Shown: one piece after another, positions 40,536-50,835 of the stretch
Position numbering within the stretch: the first letter of the stretch is position 1
Layout: each line of letters starts with the position of its first letter
Source: Lachnospiraceae bacterium
Lineage (GTDB): Bacteria; Bacillota; Clostridia; Lachnospirales; Lachnospiraceae
Assembly (NCBI GenBank): GCA_025758065.1
Contig: CP107199.1
Location: 3,312,949 to 3,376,948, forward strand
Direction: 5' to 3'
Length of the DNA: 64,000 nucleotides
Program-made: the position numbers and the translations under genes
The notes under the pieces: model-generated
Seen by the model: only the letters and a program-made list of their open reading frames with translations
What the model was told of the DNA's origin: nothing
Databases searched by the model: none

Positions 40536-41093
40536 TTATGCCCCCTTGCCAGCAAATATATGTTTGTTGGTCTTGTATACTTTTTCTTTTATCATATGAA
40601 AGCCTGCATCAGAAAGCCAGTAAAAATCAGTCTCCTTGGAAGCTTCTATAATAATCAGGGTATCTTCTGTCACCATAGGTGAATGAGAAAGATATTCCAA
40701 AACTCGGTTTTCAAATTCGTGGTTATATGGCGGATCCATAAAGATAATATCAAACCGCGGATTTCTTCCCTCTAATTTTTTCAGTCCTGGAATCACGTCA
40801 CAGCTTAATACCAGCGCACCTTCTTCTAAATGGGTGCGGCTTAAATTTTCCCGGATACAGGAAACTGCCTCCGGATTACTCTCTACAAAAAATGCCTGTT
40901 TTGCACCCCGGCTCAAAGCCTCGATACCAATAGCTCCGCTTCCGGCAAACAGATCCAAAAATGTACAGCCCGGGATCTGGGTATTTAACATATTAAATAA
41001 AGTTTCCTTGATCCGGTCTGTGGTAGGTCTTGTATCCATACCTTCTATTGTTTTTAAAAGCAGCCTTCTCGCGCTGCCTGCAATAACTCTCAT
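40536..41093 (-). CDS. rsmD: 16S rRNA m2G966 methyltransferase
   Basis: MRVIAG, RPTTDRIKETLFN, DLFAGSG and DPPY. Confidence 0.95.
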   Translation of the reverse strand: MRVIAGSARRLLLKTIEGMDTRPTTDRIKETLFNMLNTQIPGCTFLDLFAGSGAIGIEALSRGAKQAFFVESNPEAVSCIRENLSRTHLEEGALVLSCDVIPGLKKLEGRNPRFDIIFMDPPYNHEFENRVLEYLSHSPMVTEDTLIIIEASKETDFYWLSDAGFHMIKEKVYKTNKHIFAGKGA

Positions 41094-41330
41094 GTACTAT
41101 AAGCTCCTGTATGAGCAGTTCAGATCATTCTTCTGCTCTGTTTTCATTCCCAACAAGTATAATATGAAAATTTGCTTAATACAAGGTTTTTTTGTGGATT
41201 TTGCATTTTTTAACAATTTACGCAGAACCTTCTAGTGTATTATCTTAAGATGGTCACATACTAAGAACGTAACAAACAACAGGCTCTTAAAAACAAAAGA
41301 GCTCTTTCTCAATTAAGGAGGCGTTTTATT

Positions 41331-41534
41331 ATGTCTAACAACACAAACAAAACAAACGTACCTGAAGCAAAGGAAGCCATGGACCGCTTTAAAATGGAGG
41401 TAGCTAACGAACTGGGAGTACCTTTAAGCAACGGCTACAACGGCAACCTTACCTCTGCACAGAATGGTTCTGTTGGTGGCTATATGGTCAAAAAAATGAT
41501 CGAGAACCAGGAACGCCAGATGGCAGGTAAGTAA
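41331..41534 (+). CDS. Alpha/beta-type small acid-soluble spore protein
   Basis: FKMEVANELGV...LTSAQNGSVGGYMVK. AAGGAGG RBS and a sigma-G/F-like CATACTA -10 at 41257. Confidence 0.95.
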   Translation: MSNNTNKTNVPEAKEAMDRFKMEVANELGVPLSNGYNGNLTSAQNGSVGGYMVKKMIENQERQMAGK

Positions 41535-41550
41535 AACTCCTTAAGTCAGG

Positions 41551-41594
41551 AAAAGATCACCCCAGGCAGAATCACTTCTGTCCGGGGTGATCTT
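41551..41594. terminator. Terminator after the SASP gene (convergent with the next gene)
   Basis: AAAGATCACCCC..CAGAA-TCAC-TTCTG..GGGGTGATCTTT hairpin. Confidence 0.75.
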
Positions 41595-41622
41595 TCTTTG
41601 TAGTTCTATTATTTTTATATGA

Positions 41623-42711
41623 CTATTCGCTCTTAGGTCCATGCATTTTTAATATTTTTATCTTTTCATCTTCCACGTTTGTTATGCAATATTTTTCTTT
41701 ACCTGCAGGTACAAAAAACTGGGAATTTCTTTCAATCTGATACTCTTTTGTTTCTGTTTTCAAAATTCCCTTACCAGATAAAACATAAAGACAGGAAAAT
41801 ACCTCCTCTTCCTCAAATTCCTTTGTTTCTCCCATCTCAACTGTGTGCTGTTCCATTTGAAAACAGGGCGTACTGTCATATCCCACCAGACACTGTCCGC
41901 CATTTTCCAAAGACTGCTCTTTAATGCAGGCATCTTCCCTCGTAGCAGCTTCACCTGCTCCTGTATAATGAAAACACTCAAACATTTTTTCAAATCCCAG
42001 CCCCTGGTGGCACATGCTATCGTCAATGGTATAACCAGACGGTGTCACTTTTTCTACACGAATGGTATAATCTGTAGGCTCCTGGATCTCGATCAGAGTG
42101 CAGCCTGCTCCAATGGCATGAGGAACGCCTCCTTTTACCAGATAAGTTTCTCCCGGCTTTACTTCCAGGCAGTTCATCAGTCCTAACATCCGATCGTAAT
42201 CCTGTTCAAAAAAGCATTTTTCCCACTCTTTTCTGGTGATTCCTTCTTTAAATCCCAGATAAAGACACGGCTTTTCCTCGCAGTCTTCTCTTGTATTTAA
42301 AATATGCCAGCATTCTGTTTTTCCAAAAGGACTTCCAAAAAGTCGTTTTGCTGTTTCCCGGTCCGGATGCACCTGGACTGTAAGACGTTCTTTGCTGTCG
42401 ATCATTTTGATAAGAACACCAGGTGTATTACCCCAGGTCTCTACATGCTTTTTTCCCAGTATCTCTTCCGGATCAGAGTCTATATACTCTTTTAATGTTT
42501 TTTCATCATATTCTCCCCCTGCAATTTTACAAAGACCTTCCACAATCTCTTCCCGCCCAGCATTAAAAGCCCTTGTTACAGAATACATCCATTCTTCCGG
42601 GAAATGGCTGTCTTCTGCTTTTTCATCACCATGGAGCTTTCCGATCTCTCTTCCCCCAAGATAAGTTCTCCACACTCTTTCGCCTAATACGCAAACAGGT
42701 TCTCTTTTCAT
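41623..42711 (-). CDS. Class I mannose-6-phosphate isomerase-like cupin protein
   Basis: LIKMIDSKERLTVQVHP, GKTECW and PHAIGAG...EIQE. Confidence 0.85.
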   Translation of the reverse strand: MKREPVCVLGERVWRTYLGGREIGKLHGDEKAEDSHFPEEWMYSVTRAFNAGREEIVEGLCKIAGGEYDEKTLKEYIDSDPEEILGKKHVETWGNTPGVLIKMIDSKERLTVQVHPDRETAKRLFGSPFGKTECWHILNTREDCEEKPCLYLGFKEGITRKEWEKCFFEQDYDRMLGLMNCLEVKPGETYLVKGGVPHAIGAGCTLIEIQEPTDYTIRVEKVTPSGYTIDDSMCHQGLGFEKMFECFHYTGAGEAATREDACIKEQSLENGGQCLVGYDSTPCFQMEQHTVEMGETKEFEEEEVFSCLYVLSGKGILKTETKEYQIERNSQFFVPAGKEKYCITNVEDEKIKILKMHGPKSE

Positions 42712-42839
42712 CTTTCACTTCTCCTTTTCCATTTTTTCTTTTATTTTTATTCATTTTTCATTCTTCTACATTGAGCATAAAAAATCGTCAGATTTTTCAA
42801 GCAGTAAATCGAACGATTTTTCTTCTAAATATATGATCT

Positions 42840-44897
42840 TTACAGATTCAGCTTCTCATACCGCTCACCTAAATATAAATCTATCTGGCGCTTTAATTCC
42901 AGATGTTCCTCTTTTTCCAGCTCCGGATCATCATCCAGTATCTCATTGACTTCTTCTGAAACCTGCTTTAACAGATTGGCATCTGTAAATACATCGCCAA
43001 TACGGAATTCCAGGTCGCCGCTCTGGCGCACACCGAAAATATCTCCCGGGCCACGAAGCTTTAAGTCCTCAGAAGCAATATAAAAGCCGTCATTGGACCG
43101 GTTTAAGATATCCAGCCGTTCCATGGTATCTTTTCCGCCGGAACCATTGACCATGATACAATAAGACTGGTGGCTGCCTCGTCCTACACGGCCTCTTAAC
43201 TGGTGAAGCTGTGCCAGACCAAAGCGTTCTGCATTTTCGATCATCATTACCGTAGCGTTTGGCACATTTACTCCAACCTCGATAACCGTAGTTGATACAA
43301 GGATCTGGATCTCACCGGCCGCAAACCGTTCCATGATCTTGTTTTTCTCCTTTGCCTTCATTTTTCCATGAAGATACTCTACGTTAATGGTCTCCGGCAG
43401 TGCATTTCGCAGTGTCTTTGAATAATCCAGAACATTTTCCCCCTCGATCATCTCACTGGCTTCTACCATAGGACAGATCACATACGCCTGGCGGCCTGCT
43501 TCCACCTGTTTCTCTATAAAAGCATAAGCTTTGGAACGGTAACTGGTATCTACTACGCAGTTTTTAATCACCTGACGGCCTGTAGGAAGCTCATCGATCA
43601 CTGAAATATCCAGATCCCCATATAAAATAATAGCCAGTGTACGCGGGATAGGAGTTGCACTCATAACCAATACATGAGGAGTTTCCCCTTTTTCACTTAA
43701 AAGTTCCCTCTGCCCAACACCAAACCGGTGCTGTTCATCAGTGATCACCAGTGCCAGCTTATCGTAGATCACCTTTTCCTGGATCAGCGCATGTGTACCG
43801 ATAATAATATCTGCCTCATGGGAAGCTGTTTTTTCATAAGCAATACGTTTTTCTCTGGCTGTCATGGATCCTGTGATCAGAACCACTTTTTTATCAATGC
43901 CGCAGTTTTCAAACATCTTCGTAATGGACTCAAAATGCTGTCTTGCCAGTACTTCCGTAGGCACCATAAGAGCGCCCTGGTATCCATTCTCTGCAGCTGC
44001 AAGGAGCGCCAGAATAGCAATGACCGTCTTACCGGAACCAACATCACCCTGAACCAGCCGGTTCATCACACAGCCTTTTTCCAGATCTGAAAATACCTCC
44101 TGTAAGGTACGCTCCTGGGCAGAGGTAAGTGCATAGGGCAGCGACTCCTTTAAGTGTCTGGTCTCTTCCCCCGGGCAGATCACAAACTCTGTTTTCTTTC
44201 CTTCCCTGCTTTCCTTTAACCGGCGTACTCCTACCAGGAACATAAAAAACTCGTCAAATACAAGGCGTTTTCTGGCAAATAAAAGTTCTTTCTGGTCTCT
44301 TGGAAAATGAATATGTTCTAAGGCATAATTGATCTCTGCAAGTTCATATTTTCTGCGTAAAAAAGCAGGCATATACTCCCTCTTCATCTGCCTGTTTTCC
44401 AATGCCTGTTTTTCTGCTTTTACAATGGTCTTATTGCTAAGTCCTCTTGTCTGTCCATACACCGGCTGCATGGCATCGACCACATTGGCATACGCCTCTT
44501 CTGTAAATACCTCCGGCTGTTCCATCATCAGCCGGCCTCGTTTTCGTACCACTTTTCCCCGGAATACATACATCTGGCCGCTTTTAATGTTGGCCCGCAT
44601 ATAAGGCATGTTATACCAGGCTAATTGCAAAGTGCCAGTCATATCCCGGACATAAGCCGATACCATCTGGATCTTTCCTGTACGCAGAAGGTCCGGCGGC
44701 TTTGGAAGGGCGGCTGCCACACTCATGACCATCTGTTCTTTTAACTGGCCTACAGGCACCGCTGTTTCATAAGTGTCGTAAGCTCTTGGATAATAGGAAA
44801 GAAGGTCATCAATTGTGATGACCCCCAGCTTTTCAAATAATTTTCCGGTTTTCTCTCCGATCCCTTTAAGGGAACTTATAGGTTCACTGCTGCTCAT
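42840..44897 (-). CDS. recG: ATP-dependent DNA helicase RecG
   Basis: QGDVGSGKT, DEQHRFG, MSATPIPRT and QLRGRVGR. Confidence 0.97.
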   Translation of the reverse strand: MSSSEPISSLKGIGEKTGKLFEKLGVITIDDLLSYYPRAYDTYETAVPVGQLKEQMVMSVAAALPKPPDLLRTGKIQMVSAYVRDMTGTLQLAWYNMPYMRANIKSGQMYVFRGKVVRKRGRLMMEQPEVFTEEAYANVVDAMQPVYGQTRGLSNKTIVKAEKQALENRQMKREYMPAFLRRKYELAEINYALEHIHFPRDQKELLFARKRLVFDEFFMFLVGVRRLKESREGKKTEFVICPGEETRHLKESLPYALTSAQERTLQEVFSDLEKGCVMNRLVQGDVGSGKTVIAILALLAAAENGYQGALMVPTEVLARQHFESITKMFENCGIDKKVVLITGSMTAREKRIAYEKTASHEADIIIGTHALIQEKVIYDKLALVITDEQHRFGVGQRELLSEKGETPHVLVMSATPIPRTLAIILYGDLDISVIDELPTGRQVIKNCVVDTSYRSKAYAFIEKQVEAGRQAYVICPMVEASEMIEGENVLDYSKTLRNALPETINVEYLHGKMKAKEKNKIMERFAAGEIQILVSTTVIEVGVNVPNATVMMIENAERFGLAQLHQLRGRVGRGSHQSYCIMVNGSGGKDTMERLDILNRSNDGFYIASEDLKLRGPGDIFGVRQSGDLEFRIGDVFTDANLLKQVSEEVNEILDDDPELEKEEHLELKRQIDLYLGERYEKLNL

Positions 44898-45775
44898 TTC
44901 TTTGCCTGTTCCAGAGCATTTAAACCTAATTTAATTGCGCCCATGATGCCCTGATCGTCATGAAGACTTGCAGGAACAATGTAATTATCAATATCCTGTA
45001 ATTCTTTGGTGTTGATATAGCCAGCTACCATATCTTTTACTTTCTCACGGATCAGTGGGAACAGCTGCTCCTGATGCATAACGCCACCGCCTAAAATGAT
45101 CTTCTGCGGAGAAAGGATCATAATATAATCTGTAAGTGCTTGTGCAATATAATAGCTTTCAATCTCCCAGACTTTCTCATCATTTTTTAATTCAATGGCT
45201 TTCTTTCCCCATCTTGCCTCAATAGAAGGACCGCTTGCAAAACCTTCAAAACAATTCGGATGACTTGGGCAGATACAGCCATTCTTATCTTCCGGATGGC
45301 GGTTTAACAGGATATGTCCTCCTTCCGGGTGGAGCATACCATGAAGAAGACCACCATTTACCCATACACCTACACCAACGCCGGTTCCAATGGTAATGTA
45401 GATCACACTGTCCAGTCCCTTAGCACAGCCGTAAGTCACTTCTCCCAGACAGGAACCATTTACATCGGTATCAATCCCCATGGGAACATTCAATTCTTTT
45501 TTAAGGCCGCCAAGGAGATCCTTATTTCTCCATGCCAGCTTTGGTGTTTCCAGGATATAACCGTAATTATCTGCCTTCTGATCTACTCCCACAGGTCCAA
45601 ATGCACCAATGCCCAGCGCTTCAATCCCCTTATCTTTGAAGTATGCTGTGATCTTCGGTATCGTCTCCTCCGGTGTGGTGGTCGGAATAGAAATCTGTTC
45701 CATGATGGTTCCGTCTTCTTTTCCCAGTGCGCAGACCATTTTTGTGCCGCCTGCTTCAAGCGCTCCTATTAACAT
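44894..45775 (-). CDS. ROK-family kinase (fructokinase-like)
   Basis: EAGGTK, FGP, TDVNG, TIGTGVG and HPEGGH. Confidence 0.9.
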   Translation of the reverse strand: MLIGALEAGGTKMVCALGKEDGTIMEQISIPTTTPEETIPKITAYFKDKGIEALGIGAFGPVGVDQKADNYGYILETPKLAWRNKDLLGGLKKELNVPMGIDTDVNGSCLGEVTYGCAKGLDSVIYITIGTGVGVGVWVNGGLLHGMLHPEGGHILLNRHPEDKNGCICPSHPNCFEGFASGPSIEARWGKKAIELKNDEKVWEIESYYIAQALTDYIMILSPQKIILGGGVMHQEQLFPLIREKVKDMVAGYINTKELQDIDNYIVPASLHDDQGIMGAIKLGLNALEQAKK

Positions 45776-45802
45776 ATTTTTCTCCCCTAACTTAATTTAT
45801 TT

Positions 45803-46510
45803 TTATTTCTTTCTTCCTACAAAACGAAGAAGATAAACAAACAGATTAATAAAATCAAGATAAAGCTGTAATGCTGCAAAAATAGAAGATTTTGCTGCCA
45901 TCTCAGGCACATTCCCATAATAGCTGTAAAATGCCTGGATCTTCTTTGCATCATAAGCAGTAACGATCAGGAAAATGAAAATACCAATAGCGCATACAAC
46001 TGTCTCATAAGCAGACAGATCAATGAACATCGCTAACAGCCAGAATCCTGCTAAGAAGATCAGTCCGGCCATCATAAACGGACGCAGCGCAGAAAAATTG
46101 ATATTTCCAAAGTATCCGATCAGTGCCATAATACCGAAAAATGCTGCAGTAATAGCAAATGCCATCCATAAGGATAATACATTGAAGATCAGGAAATACA
46201 TGCTGAATACAATACCATTTACAGCTGCATACAGGAAAAACATAGCTCTTGCTGTTCCAACTGTCATCTGATCGATCCGTGCAGACAGGTATATAACAAT
46301 ACCGATCTCTGCAATAAATAAGATATAATACCATCCAGGCACCTGACTTACATAGTACAGACCATTTGTCATATACATTCCTATTGCTACGCCAAAGGTG
46401 ATCAGAAGCCCTATAAACATCCATCCAAAGGTTTTTGCAGTGTATCTGCCAAGGCTTTCACCATAAGCCTGTTCACCATAACTCTGTTCCATTCTGAAAT
46501 CATCATTCAT
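45803..46510 (-). CDS. Bax inhibitor-1/YccA family membrane protein
   Basis: About 7 TM segments; TAYDAKKI and ALQLYLDFINLF. Confidence 0.9.
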   Translation of the reverse strand: MNDDFRMEQSYGEQAYGESLGRYTAKTFGWMFIGLLITFGVAIGMYMTNGLYYVSQVPGWYYILFIAEIGIVIYLSARIDQMTVGTARAMFFLYAAVNGIVFSMYFLIFNVLSLWMAFAITAAFFGIMALIGYFGNINFSALRPFMMAGLIFLAGFWLLAMFIDLSAYETVVCAIGIFIFLIVTAYDAKKIQAFYSYYGNVPEMAAKSSIFAALQLYLDFINLFVYLLRFVGRKK

Positions 46511-46571
46511 AATCTTGTTCTCCTTTTTATTGCCAGACTCATTAAGTTGCGGATCTTACAGACTGATCATG

Positions 46572-48290
46572 TTACTCAGCAGAGATCATGTAATAGTAGA
46601 TCGGCTGTCCACCATACTGAAGCTCTAATTCCTTATCCGGGAATTCTTTTTCTGCTTCTTCTTTCAGTTTCTCAGCATCCTCCTCTTTTACATCACAACC
46701 ATAATAAATCGTCACAAGTTCACTGTCTTCATCTAACATTGCCTTTAAAGCGGCCTTTGCTGCTTCTTCCGGGGAATGTTCTACTGCCAGCATGCCTTTA
46801 TCGCCAATAGCCATGATGTCACCTTTTTCAATCTCCATACCGTCAATGTTTGTGGTACGTACTGCATAGGTGATCTGGGCTGTCTTTACCCGTTCCATCT
46901 CAGCTGTCATATTTTCCAGATTCTCTTTGGAAGTAAGATCCGGCATAAAGTTTACTAAAGCAGTGATTCCCTGGGGAACAGTCTTTGACGGGACAACAAT
47001 GATCTCCTTGTCCTCAGTTAAGTCCCTTGCCTGGTTTGCAGCCAGGATAATGTTCTTATTATTAGGAAGGATAAAGATATGATCTGCATTTACATGTGCA
47101 ATAGCATTTAACATATCCTCTGTACTTGGGTTCATGGTCTGACCGCCTTCAATAAGATAATCAGCGCCAATACCCTTAAAGATCTCGCTTAAACCATCAC
47201 CACAGGATACTGCGATAAAACCGTATTCCCTGCGTTCTTCAGGTTCTTCTTTTTCTTCCTGCTTTACAGTATCAGCTTGGGCCTGTTCTTTTGCAAGACG
47301 TTCGGAATCCTGGATCACCCGCTCCTCATGTTCTTCACGCATATTGTCGACCTTCATACGGGATAAAGAACCATAAGTCAGTCCCTTTTCAAAGGCAAGT
47401 CCCGGATGATTAGTGTGCACATGGATCTTAACGATCTCATCGTCAGAAACCACCACTAAAGAGTCACCGATAGAGCCTAAGTATTTTTTCAGCTCTTCCT
47501 CATCTTCGTCTGTATATTTCTTTTCTAATTTAATAATAAACTCGGTGCAGTATCCAAATTTAATATCAGCGGTATCAATATCGGTCCTTGCTGCCCCGTT
47601 TCCTGTCTGTACTGTTTTTTCAGCTGCCCCATTTGCAGGAGCTTCTGCTCCGTCTAATGTAAAATCAGTTACATTTCCGGTAAGACCGTCAAAAGCGCCT
47701 TTGATCACCTGCATCAGGCCCTGACCGCCGGAATCTACTACACCTGCCTGCTTTAATACCGGGAGCATCTCAGGTGTAAGGTTTAAAACCCTGTCGCCTT
47801 CTTTTATCACTGCCTGGGCAAAAGTTTCGATATCATCTGTCTCTGCTGCCATCTCCAGAGCCTTATCTGCCATTCCCTTTGCAACAGTCAGGATCGTTCC
47901 CTCTTTTGGCTTCATAACTGCCTTGTATGCAGTTTCTGTGCCTCGGACCATGGCATTTGCCAGTGTAGTGGTATCGATCTCATCTACGGTTTTGATCTCT
48001 TTTGTAAATCCTCTTAAAAGCTGGGATAAGATAACGCCTGAGTTTCCTCTGGCGCCTCTTAAAGAGCCGGAAGAAATGGCTTTGGCTAACTGCTCCATAG
48101 AAGGATCATTAAGTGCTGCCACTTCTTTTGCTGCAGCCATAATGGTAAGGGTCATATTCGTTCCTGTATCTCCATCTGGAACCGGAAATACATTTAACTC
48201 ATTGATCCATTCTTTCTTATCAGAAAGACCTTTTGCTCCTGCCAGAAAGGCATTCTTTACCATTTTGGCATTAATTGTACTTACACCCAC
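46572..48290 (-). CDS. fakA: DAK2-domain fatty acid kinase subunit A (YloV)
   Basis: INELNVFPVPDGDTGTNM, GARGNSGVILSQ, GGQTMNPS and GGQPIY. GTG start after GGAGG. Confidence 0.92.
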   Translation of the reverse strand: MGVSTINAKMVKNAFLAGAKGLSDKKEWINELNVFPVPDGDTGTNMTLTIMAAAKEVAALNDPSMEQLAKAISSGSLRGARGNSGVILSQLLRGFTKEIKTVDEIDTTTLANAMVRGTETAYKAVMKPKEGTILTVAKGMADKALEMAAETDDIETFAQAVIKEGDRVLNLTPEMLPVLKQAGVVDSGGQGLMQVIKGAFDGLTGNVTDFTLDGAEAPANGAAEKTVQTGNGAARTDIDTADIKFGYCTEFIIKLEKKYTDEDEEELKKYLGSIGDSLVVVSDDEIVKIHVHTNHPGLAFEKGLTYGSLSRMKVDNMREEHEERVIQDSERLAKEQAQADTVKQEEKEEPEERREYGFIAVSCGDGLSEIFKGIGADYLIEGGQTMNPSTEDMLNAIAHVNADHIFILPNNKNIILAANQARDLTEDKEIIVVPSKTVPQGITALVNFMPDLTSKENLENMTAEMERVKTAQITYAVRTTNIDGMEIEKGDIMAIGDKGMLAVEHSPEEAAKAALKAMLDEDSELVTIYYGCDVKEEDAEKLKEEAEKEFPDKELELQYGGQPIYYYMISAE

Positions 48291-48303
48291 GGGTAACTTC
48301 CTC

Positions 48304-48660
48304 CTAATCAATCACTCTGACACCTTCCACGAAGATATTGATCTTTTCTACCTCCATGCCGGTGAATTCTTCTACTCTGTATTTCACGCTTTCAATTAAA
48401 TTGTCAGATACTGCTGATATGCTGACCCCATAGGATACGATCACATGAAAATCAATAGATATTTTATTTTCTTTAATTTCTACATTAATGCCGTGTGTCA
48501 GGCTTTCCCGCTTTAAAAGCTTTACAAGTCCGTCCTTCATGCTTACAGCTGCCATTCCGACAATACCGAAACACTCCACTGCAATGGTTCCTGCATATAA
48601 AGCGATCACATCTGGGTTGATCTGAATCTCGCCCATTTTATTGCTGATTCTTCCCTTCAT
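48304..48660 (-). CDS. Asp23/Gls24 family protein (YloU)
   Basis: ECFGIVGMA, VIVSYGV and VKYRVEEFTG; conserved position between rpmB and fakA. Confidence 0.92.
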   Translation of the reverse strand: MKGRISNKMGEIQINPDVIALYAGTIAVECFGIVGMAAVSMKDGLVKLLKRESLTHGINVEIKENKISIDFHVIVSYGVSISAVSDNLIESVKYRVEEFTGMEVEKINIFVEGVRVID

Positions 48661-48737
48661 ATACGCGCCTCCTATCTTTTTCTAGTGACAGTATACACTA
48701 TTTCACTAAAAAAAGAAATAAATTTTTATTTTTTCGC

Positions 48738-48766
48738 TTGCAAATTTTCCGGGTTTCTGGTATTAT
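48738..48766 (+). promoter_or_regulatory. Sigma-A promoter of rpmB
   Basis: TTGCAA-17 nt-TATTAT with an extended TG. Confidence 0.65.
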
Positions 48767-48827
48767 ACCATTGTTGTGGATTTTTTCTACTATAAAATCC
48801 AAGTAACGTTTAAGGAGGTGCAATAGT

Positions 48828-49013
48828 ATGGCTAAGTGTGCAATCTGTGAAAAGGCAGCTCATTTCGGTATCAAAGTGAGCCATTCCCATAGAAGGTCCA
48901 ACAAAATGTGGAAAGCAAACGTAAAATCTGTTAAAGTTAAAGTAAACGGCGGAACCCAGAGAATGTACGTATGTACTTCCTGCTTACGTTCTGGCCTTGT
49001 AGAAAGAGCTTAA
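48828..49013 (+). CDS. rpmB: 50S ribosomal protein bL28
   Basis: MAKCAIC...VSHSHRRSNKMWKAN...CTSCLRS. Confidence 0.97.
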   Translation: MAKCAICEKAAHFGIKVSHSHRRSNKMWKANVKSVKVKVNGGTQRMYVCTSCLRSGLVERA

Positions 49014-49028
49014 TTTCAAACAGAACAT

Positions 49029-49063
49029 AAAAAATCCCGGCAGTTTAGACTGTCGGGATTTTT
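49029..49063. terminator. Bidirectional terminator after rpmB
   Basis: AAAAATCCCGGCAGT-TTAG-ACTGTCGGGATTTTT. Confidence 0.85.
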
Positions 49064-49084
49064 TGTATTATAACACTTTCTTTA

Positions 49085-49222
49085 TTAACAGCAGAACAGA
49101 TTATATCCAAGGATAAGACATCCGATCACAAAGAAAAACGTAAATATAGTCTCCGGAACAAAGAAAAGCACTGCCATTCCAAGCCCAAAGCAAAAAAGCA
49201 TCAGTCCCCAGACTCTTTTCAT
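49085..49222 (-). CDS. Small 45-aa two-helix membrane protein (not in ORF track)
   Basis: Hand translation MKRVWGLMLFCFGLGMAVLFFVPETIFTFFFVIGCLILGYNLFCC*. GGGAG upstream; ends at the bidirectional terminator. Confidence 0.7.
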   Translation of the reverse strand: MKRVWGLMLFCFGLGMAVLFFVPETIFTFFFVIGCLILGYNLFCC

Positions 49223-49321
49223 AGAAAAAACAGCTCCCTTCCATATTTATAATATGCTGCAAGGGAGCTGTCTGATTCTTTTTTATAAGATAATACCATT
49301 TTTTGAAGAAAAATGAGCGGA

Positions 49322-49750
49322 TCACGAATGTTTTTCGTTTTCTTTTGGACTCTTTGCATAAGAAGCAGCTGTTTCTTTTGCAATGGCTGCTGTCTCTTCT
49401 GATACTGGCGGTTTGCCGCCTAAAAAGCGGTTAATAAGATCCGGAGCCATATCAATGACCTTTGTCACTGCATCCTGGTTTTTCACATTGATCAGTTTAG
49501 TAACACCATTCTGGATAATGAGAACAGCGCTGGGACTCATTTTCGCACTCATTCCACCGCAGCCCTTGTCTTTCTGTTTAGAACCTTCTGCAAAAGCTCC
49601 TGCTGCCATACCGCAGGTCACATCGATCAGCGGTATAATAATGGTATCTCCTGTCTGGACCGGCTCACCTACTACCGTTTTAGTAGTAACAAACTGATCC
49701 ATTCCTTTAAATAATGATTCAATTGTAGATGTAAAATGATTCTCTGCCAT
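49322..49750 (-). CDS. GerW/YtfJ-family sporulation protein
   Basis: TKTVVGEP..GDTIIIPL.DV..G..AG and GG.SAKMSPSAVLII. Confidence 0.85.
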   Translation of the reverse strand: MAENHFTSTIESLFKGMDQFVTTKTVVGEPVQTGDTIIIPLIDVTCGMAAGAFAEGSKQKDKGCGGMSAKMSPSAVLIIQNGVTKLINVKNQDAVTKVIDMAPDLINRFLGGKPPVSEETAAIAKETAASYAKSPKENEKHS

Positions 49751-49760
49751 AATATACCCC

Positions 49761-50822
49761 TTATTCATCTGAACTATTATCCCGGCCTAACAAGCCCCGC
49801 AGCATTTTCCATGTATGTTTATGATGGTATATTCCCCAGAACAACCATAATAAATAGGAAACCCGCACCCGTCCTCTGTAATCAAGCTCTGCTTCCAGGC
49901 ACTTTTCATCAAATACTGGCTGCAATGTAAGTCTTTTATAAAAGAATGGGTAGAGAAGACTTGCACCTGCCAGGATCTGACCTGTATAATAAGGATCCTC
50001 CAGACCGAAAGTAACTGTGCCTTTTCCTCTGCCTGGCCACACATGAGCAAGCAGCTTTTTTAACTGTTTGAAAAGAAGTCTGAAAGATTCCTGGTTCTCT
50101 TCATCTTCCAGCCATTCCTTTTTTTTATCTGCAAAGGCTTTTATATCTTTTAGCTTATCACAAAACCCCTGAAAAGAAAACTTAAGTTTTTGAAAGAAGG
50201 CTTGCAGACGGGTCCACATTGCCTTTATGCATTCTGCAAGGAAAACACCGCATCTGGATTTGTGAGTGTTTTCCTCATCGCTTGCTTTCTGTATTTTGTC
50301 TTCTGATGATTTATGAGTTTTTTCCTCATTATCTGGCGCGGAACTTTTCAATTCTGCTGCCTCCACCAGCCCGCTTTTCTCTAAGTTTTCTTTTTTCTCT
50401 GGCTTTTCTATGATTTCTGCTTCCCTCACCTTTTCTGCTTTTTCCCCGGCTTCTGCTTTCTCTGCCTTATCCTCATAATCCGCAGTTACTGCTTTTTCTG
50501 CCGCTTTTTTAACAGTTTTTTCTGCTGTTTCTTCTGCCTCTTCTATCTTCTCAGCAGATTCATCTCCCATAGTCCAAAGCTTAAACCACAGAACACGAAG
50601 AGAACCTGTCAGTCCTTTTTCCATTTCATAGGCACCTTTAAAGGAGATCACAGACAGCAGCCAGGAAACTTTCACGCTGGCCCATTTATCTTCTTTCCAC
50701 ATCCCCTGAAGCTGATACCGCACAGGAACAAAAAGGACTGCAAGCAGCACCAGAAGCAAAAGCCCCAGTAAGACCAGCAAAAGGATACCCAGTATTTTTA
50801 ATATAAGCAATACAATATGCAA
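49761..50822 (-). CDS. DUF2953-like membrane protein (YtfI partner)
   Basis: N-terminal TM LLILKILGILLL..LFVPVRY, a Glu/Lys-rich linker and C-terminal FGLEDPYYTG. Adjacent to the gerW-like gene; TTG start inferred. Confidence 0.75.
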   Translation of the reverse strand: MHIVLLILKILGILLLVLLGLLLLVLLAVLFVPVRYQLQGMWKEDKWASVKVSWLLSVISFKGAYEMEKGLTGSLRVLWFKLWTMGDESAEKIEEAEETAEKTVKKAAEKAVTADYEDKAEKAEAGEKAEKVREAEIIEKPEKKENLEKSGLVEAAELKSSAPDNEEKTHKSSEDKIQKASDEENTHKSRCGVFLAECIKAMWTRLQAFFQKLKFSFQGFCDKLKDIKAFADKKKEWLEDEENQESFRLLFKQLKKLLAHVWPGRGKGTVTFGLEDPYYTGQILAGASLLYPFFYKRLTLQPVFDEKCLEAELDYRGRVRVSYLLWLFWGIYHHKHTWKMLRGLLGRDNSSDE

Positions 50823-50835
50823 CTGTCCATTCCCC

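Noticed and set aside
49101..49325. 74-aa minus-strand ORF in the track
   Set aside because: An overlapping 45-aa ORF in another frame (49085-49222) has a better RBS and a coherent membrane-protein sequence.
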